From the NCBI GenBank assembly GCA_045592225.1, contig JAZNUH010000041.1, forward strand, positions 1-44,729: a stretch of 44,729 nucleotides of DNA, given 5' to 3'. Positions 17,073-25,390 of the stretch are shown piece by piece; the first letter of the stretch is position 1, and each line of letters begins with the position of its first letter. This DNA comes from Clostridia bacterium. GTDB taxonomy: Bacteria > Bacillota > Clostridia > UMGS1883 > UMGS1540. The notes below the pieces were generated by a model. That model was not told where the DNA came from. It saw only the letters and a program-made list of their open reading frames with translations, and did not search any database. Made by a program: the position numbers and the translations under genes.

Positions 17073-19004
17073 TCAGCTAATCTGTACTCCTGTGGGAATT
17101 TCATCGTCAACGCTTAAAACCTTTAAGGTATCATCGGTTGCAACTGCTAAAATCATACCATTGCTCATAATGCCGCGGAGCTTTACAGGCTTTAAGTTTG
17201 CAATCATAACCACGTTTTTGCCGACAATTTCTTCGGGCTTATAGTATTTTGCAATACCCGATACAACTGTGCGTTCTTCGCTGCCAAGCTTAACTGTAAG
17301 CTTTAAAAGCTTATCTGCCTTTTCTACCTTTTCGGCGGCAATAACCTTTGCTGTGCGAAGGTCAAGCTTTGCAAAATCATCTATTGTAACCTCGGGCTTT
17401 ATGGGTTCGATTTCGGGTTCTTTTTCCATATTTGCCTCAATTTCTGCATAGATTTCGGCAAGCTTCTTTTCCTCGTCAAGACGTGCAAACATAGGTGATG
17501 CCTCGCCTACGCTGCTGCCTGCGGGGATTTTGCCAAACTCGGAAATGGATTCCCAGCAGCGGTAATCGGTGTTCAGCGATGCGAAAATCTTTTCAGATGT
17601 TTCGGGCATCATGGGCTGGAGCATTACTGCGATAAAACGGATGGATTCAAGCAGATTATAAAGAACTGTTGCAAGCCTGCCCTTTTGTGCTTCGTCCTTG
17701 GCAAGTGCCCAGGGCATTGTTTCATCAATGTATTTATTACTTCTGCGAACTATTGTCCAAAGCTCATCCATTGCGTCGGCAATTCTGAACTTGTTCATAA
17801 GGTCAAAATAATTTTCCTTGGACTTTTTGCAGGTTTCAATTAAATCCGCATCAAATTCGCCGGGGGTGTCGGGGTTTTCTATTTTACCGCCAAAATACTT
17901 GTTGGTCATGGCGATTGTTCTGTTTACAAGATTACCGAGAGTGTTTGCAAGCTCGGAATTGTAGCGGCTGATAATTGTTTCGTATGTGATTGTACCGTCT
18001 GCTGCGAAGGGCATTTCATGCAGAACGTAGTAGCGGATTGCATCAACACCGAAGTGTCTTACAAGATCATCTGCATACATAACATTACCGCGGGATTTAC
18101 TCATTTTATCGGCGCCGTTTAAAAGCCAGGGATGACCGAAAATCTGCTTGGGCAAAGGTTCGCCTAAAGCCATAAGCATAATGGGCCAGTAAATTGTGTG
18201 GAAGCGGAGAATATCCTTGCCTATGATATGTGCATCCGCCGGCCAGTATTTGTTATAAAGCTCGCCCTTATTGTCGGGTGAGTAGCCAAGTGCGGTGATA
18301 TAGTTGGAAAGTGCATCAATCCACACGTAGATAACGTGTTTTGTATCTGTAACCACGGGAACACCCCACGTAAATGATGTACGGGACACGCACAAATCCT
18401 GCAGACCGGGCTTTAAGAAGTTATTAACCATTTCCTTTTTGCGGGATTCGGGCTGAATAAAGTCGGGGTTATCTTCTATATACTGCATCAGTCTGTCCTG
18501 ATATTTGCTCATTTTAAAGAAGTAAGCTTCTTCCTTTGCTCTTTCGACGGGACGTCCGCAATCGGGGCAAACGTTACCCTCTGCAACCTGTGTGTCTGTA
18601 AAAAAGCTTTCGCAGGGAACACAGTACCAGCCTTCGTATTCGCCTTTATAAATATCCCCCTGGTCATAGAGCTTCTGGAATATTTTCTGCACTGCGTCAA
18701 CGTGGTAATCGTCGGTTGTTCTTATAAACTTATCATAGCTTGTGTTCATAAGGTTCCATATCTGTCTTACTTCGCCGGCAACACCGTCAACGTAAGTTTT
18801 GGGGTCAACACCTGCTTCTTCTGCAAGCTGCTGAATTTTCTGACCGTGTTCATCTGTACCGGTAAGGAAGAAAACATCGTTACCGATAAGTCTTTTGAAT
18901 CTTGCCAGTGCATCTGTAAGAACGATTTCATAAGTGTTACCTATATGAGGTTTTCTTGAAGTATAGGCAATGGCAGTGGTTATATAAAACTTTTCTTTTT
19001 CCAT
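17073..19004 (-). CDS. metG: methionine--tRNA ligase with C-terminal tRNA-binding (EMAP/Trbp111-like) domain
   Basis: HIGN (HIGH-type) and KMSKS motifs, a Zn knuckle CVPCE...CPDCG, and a C-terminal OB-fold segment DLRTAKVIAAEKVEKADKLLKL. Confidence 0.95.
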   Translation of the reverse strand: MEKEKFYITTAIAYTSRKPHIGNTYEIVLTDALARFKRLIGNDVFFLTGTDEHGQKIQQLAEEAGVDPKTYVDGVAGEVRQIWNLMNTSYDKFIRTTDDYHVDAVQKIFQKLYDQGDIYKGEYEGWYCVPCESFFTDTQVAEGNVCPDCGRPVERAKEEAYFFKMSKYQDRLMQYIEDNPDFIQPESRKKEMVNNFLKPGLQDLCVSRTSFTWGVPVVTDTKHVIYVWIDALSNYITALGYSPDNKGELYNKYWPADAHIIGKDILRFHTIYWPIMLMALGEPLPKQIFGHPWLLNGADKMSKSRGNVMYADDLVRHFGVDAIRYYVLHEMPFAADGTITYETIISRYNSELANTLGNLVNRTIAMTNKYFGGKIENPDTPGEFDADLIETCKKSKENYFDLMNKFRIADAMDELWTIVRRSNKYIDETMPWALAKDEAQKGRLATVLYNLLESIRFIAVMLQPMMPETSEKIFASLNTDYRCWESISEFGKIPAGSSVGEASPMFARLDEEKKLAEIYAEIEANMEKEPEIEPIKPEVTIDDFAKLDLRTAKVIAAEKVEKADKLLKLTVKLGSEERTVVSGIAKYYKPEEIVGKNVVMIANLKPVKLRGIMSNGMILAVATDDTLKVLSVDDEIPTGVQIS

Positions 19005-19119
19005 TTAAATCAAATCCTTTATATAAATTTTAAAGGGCATAATACGCCTTATATTATAATACCACTTTTTTGAGATTTTTCAAGTGTTTTTACATATTTT
19101 AGGGTGAAAACAGGCCTGC

Positions 19120-19148
19120 TTGACAAAAAATATACCATGTGGTAAATT
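19120..19148 (+). promoter_or_regulatory. sigma-A-type promoter
   Basis: TTGACA, 17-nt spacer, TAAATT with an upstream TG. Confidence 0.45.
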
Positions 19149-19197
19149 AAAATAGGACAGATAACACACGACATACAAGCCTTGAGGAGGTATTCTT

Positions 19198-19635
19198 ATG
19201 AAAAAAACAATAATCTGGGTTATATGTATTGTTCTTGTACTGGCGGGGATATGGTGGCTGTTTAGTGAAAGAAGTATTCTGCAAGGGAATGTACAGGATA
19301 TCGTAAAAATAACTGTTACAAAATATTCCGGTGGGAACGGATATGACTATAATTTTACCGATAAGGATGATATAGGACAGATTGCCGGTAATTTGCAGCA
19401 GACAAAGATACTCCTGGTTGAAAGATTCCCCGGACACACAGAAAGTATACAAAATGACACACCCTATCAGGTATGTGTTATATACAATAATGGCACAAAA
19501 GATGAAATATGCTTTTCGGAAAACAAGGAAATTGTATTTCGCATGTTAAACACAAAAGGCAATAGCGGAGACAGAGGTTGGGTCAAGGGAGAAAACAAGA
19601 GCCTGTTTGCGTTTTTTAATGAGTTTATAAAGTAA
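19198..19635 (+). CDS. hypothetical membrane-anchored protein (145 aa)
   Basis: An N-terminal TM anchor followed by a soluble domain. RBS GAGGAGG lies upstream. I recognise no family. Confidence 0.55.
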   Translation: MKKTIIWVICIVLVLAGIWWLFSERSILQGNVQDIVKITVTKYSGGNGYDYNFTDKDDIGQIAGNLQQTKILLVERFPGHTESIQNDTPYQVCVIYNNGTKDEICFSENKEIVFRMLNTKGNSGDRGWVKGENKSLFAFFNEFIK

Positions 19636-19637
19636 TA

Positions 19638-19666
19638 TTGACACCTATTTTAAAAAGTGTTAAAAT
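19638..19666 (+). promoter_or_regulatory. sigma-A-type promoter of mscL
   Basis: TTGACA, 17-nt spacer, TAAAAT. Confidence 0.5.
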
Positions 19667-19690
19667 TATCTGCGAAAAGGAGAGATACAT

Positions 19691-20122
19691 ATGAAAAAGT
19701 TTTTTAAAGAATTTCAGCAGTTTATTCAGCGCGGTAATGTAATTGACCTGGCAGTCGGCGTTATTATAGGTGCCGCTTTTCAGGCAATAGTTAAATCACT
19801 TACAGATGATATTCTGTCACCCCTTATCGGCCTTATAGGTAAAACCGATTTCAGTGCTATGGTATGGACAGTGCGCGGCGTAGAGGTAAAATACGGTGCT
19901 TTTATTACAGCAGTAATAAACTTTTTAATTATGGCGTTTGTTGTATTCCTTATTGTTAAGGCAATAAACAAAATAAGTGAACTCACAAAGAAGAAGGAAG
20001 AGGTAATTGAAAAGGTTACAACAAAAAAATGCCCTTTCTGCTGCAGTGAAATTGCAATTGAAGCAACACGCTGCCCTCACTGCACATCTGAAGTGCCGGA
20101 GGAAGAAGAAAAAGAAGAATAA
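19691..20122 (+). CDS. mscL: large-conductance mechanosensitive channel with C-terminal CxxC...CxxC tail
   Basis: Canonical N-terminus FKEFQQFIQRGNVIDLAVGVIIGAAF. The tail is CPFCCSEIAIEATRCPHC. Confidence 0.9.
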   Translation: MKKFFKEFQQFIQRGNVIDLAVGVIIGAAFQAIVKSLTDDILSPLIGLIGKTDFSAMVWTVRGVEVKYGAFITAVINFLIMAFVVFLIVKAINKISELTKKKEEVIEKVTTKKCPFCCSEIAIEATRCPHCTSEVPEEEEKEE

Positions 20123-20126
20123 TACC

Positions 20127-20153
20127 GAAAACCGCCTATGGGCGGTTTTCTTG
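20127..20153 (+). terminator. intrinsic terminator after mscL
   Basis: GAAAACCGCC-TATG-GGCGGTTTTC followed by TT. Confidence 0.75.
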
Positions 20154-20178
20154 CAGGCACATTAAAAGGAGAAAACAT

Positions 20179-20850
20179 ATGCACAAAGGCCATAGAAAGC
20201 GTATGCGTGACAGATATCTTACTGACGGAATAAACGGTTTTGCGCCTCACGAGATATTTGAAATGCTTTTGTTTTACACCTATACAAGAAAAAATACAAA
20301 TCCCATAGGTCACGCCCTGGTTGATGCCTTGGGCCCTGTGGGTGCATTTGATGCGGACAAGGAAACACTTATGAGTGTGCCCGGTGTGGGTGAGAAAACG
20401 GCAGACTTTTTAATGCTGGTTTCAGAATGCATAAGAGCATACAAAAGAGAAAAACAGGTTCTGGGTGAACGGCTTACCGATTATAAGGATGCGGGAGAAA
20501 TGCTTTTACGCCACACAAACGGATGTAATGAAGAAGCATTTTATGTAATGTGCCTTAATATAAATAACCATATAACAGGTATTCAAAAGCTGTCAACAGG
20601 GACTACGGCAGGCAAGGTGATACAGAGCAGAGAGGTTATAGAATGTGTGCTCCGCGGTAAGGCTCACAAGGTTATACTGGCGCACAGCCATATTGACAGG
20701 GAGCTTTTTGTGTCACAGGAGGATATTGAATTTAACAACCGCCTGTGTGATGCATTAAAAGCGCTGGGTGTACAGGTGGTTGACCATTTTGTTTTAAATG
20801 ATAAGGATTATATAAGCATGGAACAGCAAGGCTTTTTCAGGAAAGGATAA
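20179..20850 (+). CDS. radC: RadC-family JAB/MPN-domain protein, paralogue 1
   Basis: N-terminus HKGHRKRMRDRYL plus an HhH-like SVPGVGEKTADF. The JAMM layout SREV...HSHIDRELFVSQED keeps Glu and HxHx7Sx2D, but has IDR where the family has PSG. Confidence 0.8.
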   Translation: MHKGHRKRMRDRYLTDGINGFAPHEIFEMLLFYTYTRKNTNPIGHALVDALGPVGAFDADKETLMSVPGVGEKTADFLMLVSECIRAYKREKQVLGERLTDYKDAGEMLLRHTNGCNEEAFYVMCLNINNHITGIQKLSTGTTAGKVIQSREVIECVLRGKAHKVILAHSHIDRELFVSQEDIEFNNRLCDALKALGVQVVDHFVLNDKDYISMEQQGFFRKG

Positions 20851-20856
20851 GAGAGA

Positions 20857-21471
20857 ATGGCAGGTTACAGTAGCGCAGAGCTTTTGAGCGAATTACTCAA
20901 ATTCGGCGGAGTTGAAAATTATAAAAGCGTTGCAAAAGAGCTTTTGGAAAGCTTTGGCGGAAGACTTGACGGCGTGTTTGACAGCAGCAGCGAAAGACTG
21001 GCAAAATTCCGCGGAATGACTCCCGGTGCAGTGACACTTATTAAACTCATTCCCGACTGTGCCAATTTTTATGGAAGGCATATGTGGGATAAAAACGCTT
21101 GCCTTAAAACAACAAGCGAAAAGGGATATTATATTGCCGATATTATAGGCTCGCCGCCGGTGGAAAATTTTTATGTAATGTGTCTTGACAAGGACGGACG
21201 GGTTATAAAGGTTAAAAAACTCAATGAAGGCAGCATAGCTAAGGCGGAAATAGATATACGAAAGGTGGTTGAAATTGCCATTGACTGCGGCGCGGCAGAG
21301 GTTATAGCAGCACACAACCACCCGTCGGGCAATCTTGGCTGGTCGGAGCAGGATGTTTTGGTTACCTGTCAGCTGAAAAAAGCACTTTTGCATATTGGAA
21401 TTGAGAATACTGACCATTTTATTGTGGCAAATAGTGAATACAAAAGTATGAAGGAGGCAGGTGTGATATAG
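20857..21471 (+). CDS. radC: RadC-family JAB/MPN-domain protein, paralogue 2
   Basis: AAHNHPSGNLGWSEQD is the canonical HNHPSG form. It has RK at the position aligned to the RE (catalytic Glu) of paralogue 1 and E. coli YicR. It lacks the GHRKR N-terminal motif. Confidence 0.8.
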   Translation: MAGYSSAELLSELLKFGGVENYKSVAKELLESFGGRLDGVFDSSSERLAKFRGMTPGAVTLIKLIPDCANFYGRHMWDKNACLKTTSEKGYYIADIIGSPPVENFYVMCLDKDGRVIKVKKLNEGSIAKAEIDIRKVVEIAIDCGAAEVIAAHNHPSGNLGWSEQDVLVTCQLKKALLHIGIENTDHFIVANSEYKSMKEAGVI

Positions 21472-21574
21472 AGCCCTGCTTTTTTGTTCATAAATTATTT
21501 ATAATTAGGTAATAAAAAACACATATTGAAGATATAAAATAATAGCGAAAAATAAACGGAGGCGGTTTAAACCT

Positions 21575-23503
21575 ATGAGCAACAAAAAAACAAAGGTTGT
21601 GACTTTTTTTAAGGAATTTAAAAATAAGACTGTCACAGGCTTTAAAAACAAATCACCAAAGAAAAAGCTAATTATAATAACAGCTGCATTACTTGTGGCG
21701 GTGCTTATTGCCTGTATTATTGTTTCGCAGATTTTTTCTGGTAGGCATACGGCTGATCAGGTATACATAGAGAGCAGGGTTACAAGAGGAAATATCGAGG
21801 TGAAAATTGAGGGGACAGGCTCGGTAGAGCCTATTGACCGTTATGATATTATGCCCCTTGTAAGAGGAACCATCCTTGAATCTGTGCCCGAGGAGGGTGA
21901 CGAAGTAAAGGAAGGGGATGTGCTTTATGTAATAGATCATACCGATATGGACACCAATATCGAAAAGACAATGAACTCCTATTCCAAATTGCAGAAAACC
22001 GAAAAGGATTTGAGAGAAAAAATATCAAACCTTACATATTACGCAACCGCATCGGGCGTGTTGTCGGGTTTTTCGCTTAAGGAAGGAGAAACTTTTTCTT
22101 CAAACGGCGGAAAGATAGGGGAGGTTACAGATACCTCGGTTATAATTGCCACCGTTCCCTTTAACAGAACACAGCTTGATAAAATACAGACAGGACAGAC
22201 GGCAACGGTTAATATTGAAAAATATATGCAGTCTGTACAGGGGAGGGTTACCGATAAAAGCTATGTTGCAAAGGCAACAGGAAGCGGTTCGGTGCTTTAT
22301 GATGTAACAATACAGATAGACGGTAAGAACATTGCCGGAATTCCTGAAAACACCAAGGTGACGGCAAGCATTTCAGTTGGCGGAGAAACTCTTATTTCAC
22401 CTGCAGTAGGTACAACCGCTTATCCCGACAGCAAAATTCTTGCAGCCAGGGCGGGAGGCACTGTTGCACAGGTGCTTGTCAAAAACGGACAATGGGTTAC
22501 AAAGGGTCAAAAGCTTGTGGTGTTTGAAAATGACGACCTTGTAACCTCTCTGGAGAATAATCTTCTTGACCAGAAGGATATCAAGGCAACCTTGAAATCG
22601 CAAAACGATGTGCTTGAAGATTATACAATAACTTCTCCTATAAACGGCAAGGTTATAACAAAGAACTATAAAAAAGGTGACAACCTGCAGGACAGCGCCG
22701 GTACAACCATAATGACTGTTGCCGATATGAGTAAAATGAAGTTTTACATATCTGCAGATGAACTGGATATTGCAAAAATAAAAATAGGACAGAGTGTATC
22801 GGTAAGTGCCGATGCTCTTGCCGGAGTTGAGTTTGATGCTGAAGTAACGCAGATTGCAACCGAAGGTGTCAGCAACAACGGTGTAACCACATACCAGGTA
22901 GAGGTTACAATAAATAATCCCGAAGGTCTTATGCCGGGAATGAATGTAACCGGTGAAATTGTTGTAGAGAGCGCAGAAAATGTGCTTATGATACCTGTAT
23001 CAGCGGTAACAGCGCGTGACGGCAGATACTTTGTATTTGTAAAACAGGGAAAAGCCGACCCGACGGCAGTTTCAGCAGCACCTGCACAGGAAGGAGAGGG
23101 CGCGCAGAACAGAGAAATGCCGCCAATGGGTGAAAGACCTGAAGGTGCTCCGACTGAAGGAGAAAGACCCGAAGAAACATCAGAGCCCGGGCAGAGCGCA
23201 ACTCCCACACCATCGGCGCAGCCTGTCGACAGGGGTGAGATAAGTGAAAGAGTTTTAAGACAGCTTGAAGCGGCAAAACCCGATGGAACAGAAATAGCGG
23301 AAATAACTGTTGGTCTTAGTAACGATGAATTTATTGAGGTTACAAGCGGGCTTAGTGAGGGACAGACAGTGGTTATAACCGGGGTAGTATCAGAAACCAA
23401 TGATATGCAGAAAATGATGATGGGCGGAATGCCCGGCGGTGGAATGCCGTCAGGCGGAATGCCCGGTGGTGGCGGCGATGCGCCCGGAGGCGGTACGAGA
23501 TGA
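21575..23503 (+). CDS. efflux periplasmic adaptor (HlyD/MacA-like) with a long Pro/Glu/Gly-rich C-terminal tail
   Basis: An N-terminal TM anchor, then barrel-sandwich/lipoyl-like segments (GDEVKEGDVLY, GQWVTKGQKLV). The gene overlaps the downstream ABC ATPase gene by ATGA. Confidence 0.8.
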   Translation: MSNKKTKVVTFFKEFKNKTVTGFKNKSPKKKLIIITAALLVAVLIACIIVSQIFSGRHTADQVYIESRVTRGNIEVKIEGTGSVEPIDRYDIMPLVRGTILESVPEEGDEVKEGDVLYVIDHTDMDTNIEKTMNSYSKLQKTEKDLREKISNLTYYATASGVLSGFSLKEGETFSSNGGKIGEVTDTSVIIATVPFNRTQLDKIQTGQTATVNIEKYMQSVQGRVTDKSYVAKATGSGSVLYDVTIQIDGKNIAGIPENTKVTASISVGGETLISPAVGTTAYPDSKILAARAGGTVAQVLVKNGQWVTKGQKLVVFENDDLVTSLENNLLDQKDIKATLKSQNDVLEDYTITSPINGKVITKNYKKGDNLQDSAGTTIMTVADMSKMKFYISADELDIAKIKIGQSVSVSADALAGVEFDAEVTQIATEGVSNNGVTTYQVEVTINNPEGLMPGMNVTGEIVVESAENVLMIPVSAVTARDGRYFVFVKQGKADPTAVSAAPAQEGEGAQNREMPPMGERPEGAPTEGERPEETSEPGQSATPTPSAQPVDRGEISERVLRQLEAAKPDGTEIAEITVGLSNDEFIEVTSGLSEGQTVVITGVVSETNDMQKMMMGGMPGGGMPSGGMPGGGGDAPGGGTR

Positions 23504-24195
23504 TAAGAATAAAGGATATGTATAAAATATACAAGATGGGTGATAACGAGGTACACGCGCTGGCAGGAGTTTCAATGCATATAAAGCCCCACGAGTTTGT
23601 GTCTATTATAGGTCCCAGCGGCTCGGGCAAAAGTACACTTATGAATATGATAGGCTGTCTGGATGTTCCTACAAGCGGCACATATTACATAGAGGGTGTG
23701 GAGGTAAGCACATTAAATGAAAGCCAGCTTGCAAGACTTCGCAACGAAAAAATTGGCTTTATATTTCAGGGGTTTAATTTGTTACCCCGCCTCAGTGCCA
23801 TTGAAAATGTGGAGCTACCGCTTATATATATGGGAGTGCCGAGAAGCCGCAGGCGTGAGCTTGCAGAGGAGGCTCTGCGCCGTGTAAGTCTGCTTGAAAG
23901 AATGCACCATAAACCAAAAGAGCTTTCAGGCGGTCAGCAGCAGCGTGTGGCGATAGCCAGGGCGCTTGCAAGCAGTCCGCCGCTGATTTTAGCCGATGAG
24001 CCCACAGGTAATCTTGACTCACAGTCGGGCAGAGAGGTTATGGAAATGCTGCATGAACTGCATAGCGAAGGCAATACCATTGTTCTTATCACTCACGACA
24101 GCGGTGTGGCATCGCAAGCTGAACGCATAATAAGAATTGCAGACGGAAAAATAACTCACGACGGTGAGAACAAAGGCGAGGTGAGATGCGAATGA
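23500..24195 (+). CDS. ABC transporter ATP-binding protein, MacB/LolD type
   Basis: Walker A GPSGSGKST, signature LSGGQQQRVAIARA, Walker B LILADEPT. Confidence 0.9.
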   Translation: MIRIKDMYKIYKMGDNEVHALAGVSMHIKPHEFVSIIGPSGSGKSTLMNMIGCLDVPTSGTYYIEGVEVSTLNESQLARLRNEKIGFIFQGFNLLPRLSAIENVELPLIYMGVPRSRRRELAEEALRRVSLLERMHHKPKELSGGQQQRVAIARALASSPPLILADEPTGNLDSQSGREVMEMLHELHSEGNTIVLITHDSGVASQAERIIRIADGKITHDGENKGEVRCE

Positions 24196-25367
24196 ACCTT
24201 GGTATGGCATTTAGTATGGCTATGAAAAGTGTTCGCGCAAACAAGGGCAGGAGCTTTCTCACCATGCTTGGAATTATAATAGGTGTATGCTCGGTTATTA
24301 TTCTTGTAAGTATTGTAAACGGTGCCACCGCCGACATTAAAAGTCAGGTTGAGAGTATGGGCACAAACCTTATCAACGTAACTGTTATGCCCCGTGGTAC
24401 AACAAGGCGGGTGGAAATGAGCGATATGGAAGAAATGGTGGAAAAGAATGCCGAATATATTGATGCTGTTTCGCCCATTGTGTCAGGACAGGTTACAGTG
24501 AAATACGGAAACTCAAGCATTGTATCTACACTTACAGGAACAAATGAATATTACAAAAGCATTCGTAATACGAGTGTACAAAGCGGAAGATTTATAAGCG
24601 AGCTGGACGTTATTAAAAGGCAAAAGGTTGCAGTTATAGGTATGTATCAGGTGAACGAGCTTTTTGACGGAGTAAGTCCTGTTAATGAAAAAATAAAGCT
24701 TAACGGTGAACTTTATACGGTTATAGGGGTGCTGGAGGAAAAGGCAAACGGTAAGGAAGGGACAGATGATGACAAAATTATGATACCCTACACTGCTGCC
24801 ATGCGACTGGTACGAAATGCAACCATAACAAGCTATGCAGTATCAGCTGCAGACAGTGAAACGGTTGATATGGCAGAAATAATCATAGAAAACTTTTTGT
24901 TTAATATCCTGGAAAACGAGGATGCCTATATGGTGCTGAGCCAGGCTACAATTATAGATGTTATGGACGAAATGCTTGGTATACTGTCCACAATGCTGGG
25001 CGGTATTGCCGGAATATCACTTCTGGTAGGCGGTATAGGAATAATGAATATAATGATTGTTTCTGTTACCGAGCGAACAAGAGAAATAGGTATAAGAAAA
25101 TCAATAGGAGCGCAAAAGCGCAGTATACTAATTCAATTCCTGATAGAATCAATGGTGCTCAGTTGTATGGGCGGAGTCATCGGAATTATAGTGGGTATAT
25201 TTGGTGCGCAGCTTGTGGGAAAGGCACTTGGTATAACAGCGGTTACGTCCTTTGGTGTAATACTCTTATCCTTTGGCTTTTCCGCGGCAGTGGGTGTATT
25301 TTTTGGCTGGTATCCTGCAAACAAGGCGGCAAAGCTTAATCCTATAGAAGCATTAAGACACGAATAA
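24186..25367 (+). CDS. ABC transporter permease, FtsX/MacB type
   Basis: A MacB-like periplasmic domain followed by a C-terminal FtsX 3-TM bundle. ATG 24192 has better RBS spacing than 24186. Confidence 0.85.
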   Translation: MRMNLGMAFSMAMKSVRANKGRSFLTMLGIIIGVCSVIILVSIVNGATADIKSQVESMGTNLINVTVMPRGTTRRVEMSDMEEMVEKNAEYIDAVSPIVSGQVTVKYGNSSIVSTLTGTNEYYKSIRNTSVQSGRFISELDVIKRQKVAVIGMYQVNELFDGVSPVNEKIKLNGELYTVIGVLEEKANGKEGTDDDKIMIPYTAAMRLVRNATITSYAVSAADSETVDMAEIIIENFLFNILENEDAYMVLSQATIIDVMDEMLGILSTMLGGIAGISLLVGGIGIMNIMIVSVTERTREIGIRKSIGAQKRSILIQFLIESMVLSCMGGVIGIIVGIFGAQLVGKALGITAVTSFGVILLSFGFSAAVGVFFGWYPANKAAKLNPIEALRHE

Positions 25368-25390
25368 TAGTGAAAGGAAAGAATGTAATA

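Noticed and set aside
19005-19197. A T-box leader upstream of metG.
   Set aside because: No GGUGGUACC-like T-box sequence or specifier architecture is present on the minus strand. The region is short and also hosts a plus-strand promoter.
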